Of a stretch of 64,000 bases of DNA, positions 61,491-64,000 are shown in pieces. Origin of the DNA: Hydrolagus affinis (Eukaryota); contig JAAILG010000035.1 of assembly GCA_012026655.1 (NCBI GenBank), positions 62,001 through 126,000 of the forward strand, in the 5' to 3' direction. The first letter of the stretch is position 1. Each line of letters opens with the position of its first letter. Below the pieces are notes generated by a model that did no database searches, was not told the origin of the DNA, and saw only the letters and a list, made by a program, of their open reading frames with translations. Both the position numbers and the translations under genes were made by a program.

Positions 61491-64000
61491 ATTCAAAGAA
61501 TTATGCCCCATTAGAAAGCAACAAAAGGATTTTAAGCACTTCAGGAGAGGAGGGGGTAATTTATCAAATTCAAAGAAAAACATTGGCAGAGAAGAAACCC
61601 CTAAAGTAACTAACTTTGGAACAATTGAGTTTGTAATATAACTGAAAAAAAAGTGCTTCATTATGATATAGTGCTTACAATATTTTAATGTCTCAAAGCA
61701 CTTTGCAGTAATTACTATGAAGCACAGTGACTAGATTTTGTGAGAAAACACACAGGCGATTTGCATACAGCAACATCCCACAAACAGCCAGAAGGTGAAG
61801 GACCAACTTATCTCACAGATAATAATAATTGTTATTTTGCAAGATATTGATACTACAAAACTAACTTGTTACCTCTACACTGCCACTGGCAATTAGCAGA
61901 TCAAACAGCATTGAAATATATATAGATATAACTAAATATGATGTTCATTGCTTTTCAAACTGAAAATATCTAATCCTTCGCATTTCAATACACTGCAGTT
62001 TAAGTTGACTTTAGTTTGGAAGACGCAATTAAATGGTAACATAAGATCATAAGAGCAGTAGTAGGCCATTCAGTCCATTAAACCAGTACAGATCATTGAT
62101 CTATGCATGCCATTTCCCTGCCTTTTTCTCTCATCCCTCAATACATTCATTTCCCAAGGATCTGTTTTATCTCCCTGTTACATATGATAATCAGTAAAAA
62201 AAAATTGTTGTTTTAAACACTAAATGGGAAAGTCTTGCAACAGTTGTGCAGCTGTCAACTGTTAACTCCAGATTAGTGTGGACTAAGTCACCAGTGCAGA
62301 CCATTGTAAATCTGTGATGAAGAAGGTTTTTGTAGGGAAACCTTCAAGGTGTCCACATTATAACTTGACAGTTAACATTTGTTAATTGCATTTTGTGAAA
62401 CTTATTGAAAAGGTGACATTTGTGCATTGAAGTTGGGAAATTAAAAGCTATCGAAAATGTGCGCATTTACTTGCACGGAAAATAATTGTAAAAATACTTG
62501 TCAAGACAACAACTGAATTTAAGAAGTAGTTATGTTACTCCAGGCATCCAATAGGGATATCTGGATTTCTTGGGAGTTTTTACAAAGGAAACTGACTGAA
62601 GGTCTTACTGAGTAAATCGTAAAGAAACTGCCAGATATCTCCTTCGGGAAAGAACAAAATTAACTTCAGTTGCTCATTTCTATGTCTCTGCCAGCAACAG
62701 ACACAAGGTGTTCCTGTGGTTTTGCATTCACAAAGATATATTACCGAGAAAGATGTTTCCTTGAATGTAAGTGCTTCTTGTTCACAGAATGTGAGTCAAT
62801 GGTAGTCAGAAGAACCTTCAAATTATCTAAATAAAGAACATAGTGTAGGGAGCAAGCAGCTACATAGGATTAGACCAGATTAGATTCAAATGGGGAGACA
62901 AACACAAGGATTAGCATTGATTCGTCAAACAACCTGTTTCTGTACTGAACTGTTTATGATTTTGGAGGTGCTGGAAATGTGCAGTGCTCCAGTGCCTTGG
63001 GACATCTTCCCAACATGAAAAAAGCTATACAATGTAATTTTGTATAGTATTGCTCAGGTCTCCAAATAGTCAGAGGAGATAACGTCGATATGGGGCTTAA
63101 ATTCTATACAAAAAGTACAATCCTGGGTGTCCAGTTGTTTTCAGTGATGGAGAAATGATTTCAGCCCTGTTGCCTATGATCACTGTGGATCCATTTTACA
63201 TGAATCCCAAAAGACTGAGATAAATTAATATGATGTCGCCAGCATAATACAATGATGATTGCTCCTACAATCTGTCTAGTAGAGGTGAACTTAAGAGTTA
63301 GATACAAAGTTCAAGCTATTTTCATCTCCTTAACCAGTTTAACCCAAGCTACATTGGGACACTTTGTAACAGGATTTACTTGTACTTATTATTCACAAAA
63401 TATTTATTCTTATCTCCCTCCATCTCTAGGATATGTTGCTGGACTCTGCCCTTGCATGAGCAGCTCTGATTTTCAGAAGCCTAAAGAGAATTATTAATAT
63501 TATTAAAAGCTTCTGTCCTAATTGTTGATCAAATCACACAATCGTAGCAAACATGTTATTACACAATATAGAGACTTAGTAGCAACATATTTGGGAGATT
63601 GTCATTTCAGCGGATAACGTGTGAACCAAAATGATTAATTCTTGTAGTTTTCATCTTATGTAATAGTTTATATTAAATAAAAAGATTATACTTTGCTCCA
63701 GGAGATGTAATGATTTATTGTGTGGGTCTCTAGACAAAAGTTACACTTTACATATAAATATAAGTGAGGCAGCTTAAAAGGTGCAATTTTAAATTGATCA
63801 CACATGGCTTAGATACATATATATAAGATCTCTTCGCACAACCTCCTTTTGCTAACTGGCACCAGCATGTTCAAATCCCATAAACTTTTTATAGTTTCCT
63901 GTTAGATTCATAGTCAATGGTTTCTACATAAACACTCCTGAGAAAATCTTTAGTGGGAGAATTATTCACAAACAAGGCTATGTGAGTGTTACAATATAGA

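Noticed and set aside
1-64000. RUNX2 exons, intronic snoRNA/miRNA genes, viral or prokaryotic systems
   Set aside because: No Runt-domain coding sequence, convincing box motifs or hairpins, or long intact foreign ORFs seen. Small RNAs could be missed by eye; an Infernal/Rfam scan would settle it.

Overview
This is AT-rich, repeat-rich vertebrate genomic DNA. The LINE/SINE repertoire (L2, CR1, Deu-domain SINEs, LF-SINE-like elements) suggests a cartilaginous fish, probably a chimaera; that assignment is an inference. The window holds the 3' part of SUPT3H (SAGA subunit Spt3) on the + strand as seven GT-AG coding exons: 39-172, 8906-8981, 18051-18163, 19604-19714, 22331-22519, 29674-29784 and 60386-60427 (stop). 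These splice into one open frame, followed by a polyA signal at 60852. The last intron is 30.6 kb. The rest is intron and downstream sequence with many truncated L2 and CR1 LINEs, a young tRNA-headed SINE, older Deu-type and LF-SINE-like SINEs, two TA-flanked Tc1/mariner-type MITEs, microsatellites and one 100-N gap. Almost all ORF-track entries are spurious or LINE-derived. I see no convincing new protein-coding system. The best leads are a 63-codon S/T/P-rich, NLS-bearing symmetric exon, an unclassified ~450-bp repeat present about 9 times, an inverted pair of near-identical SINEs, a three-tier nested insertion, a 5'-inverted L2, and repeat-poor intronic blocks that may be RUNX2 enhancers. 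Repeat boundaries are by eye (about +/-20 bp), and family names and the human protein comparison are from memory, not from a search.
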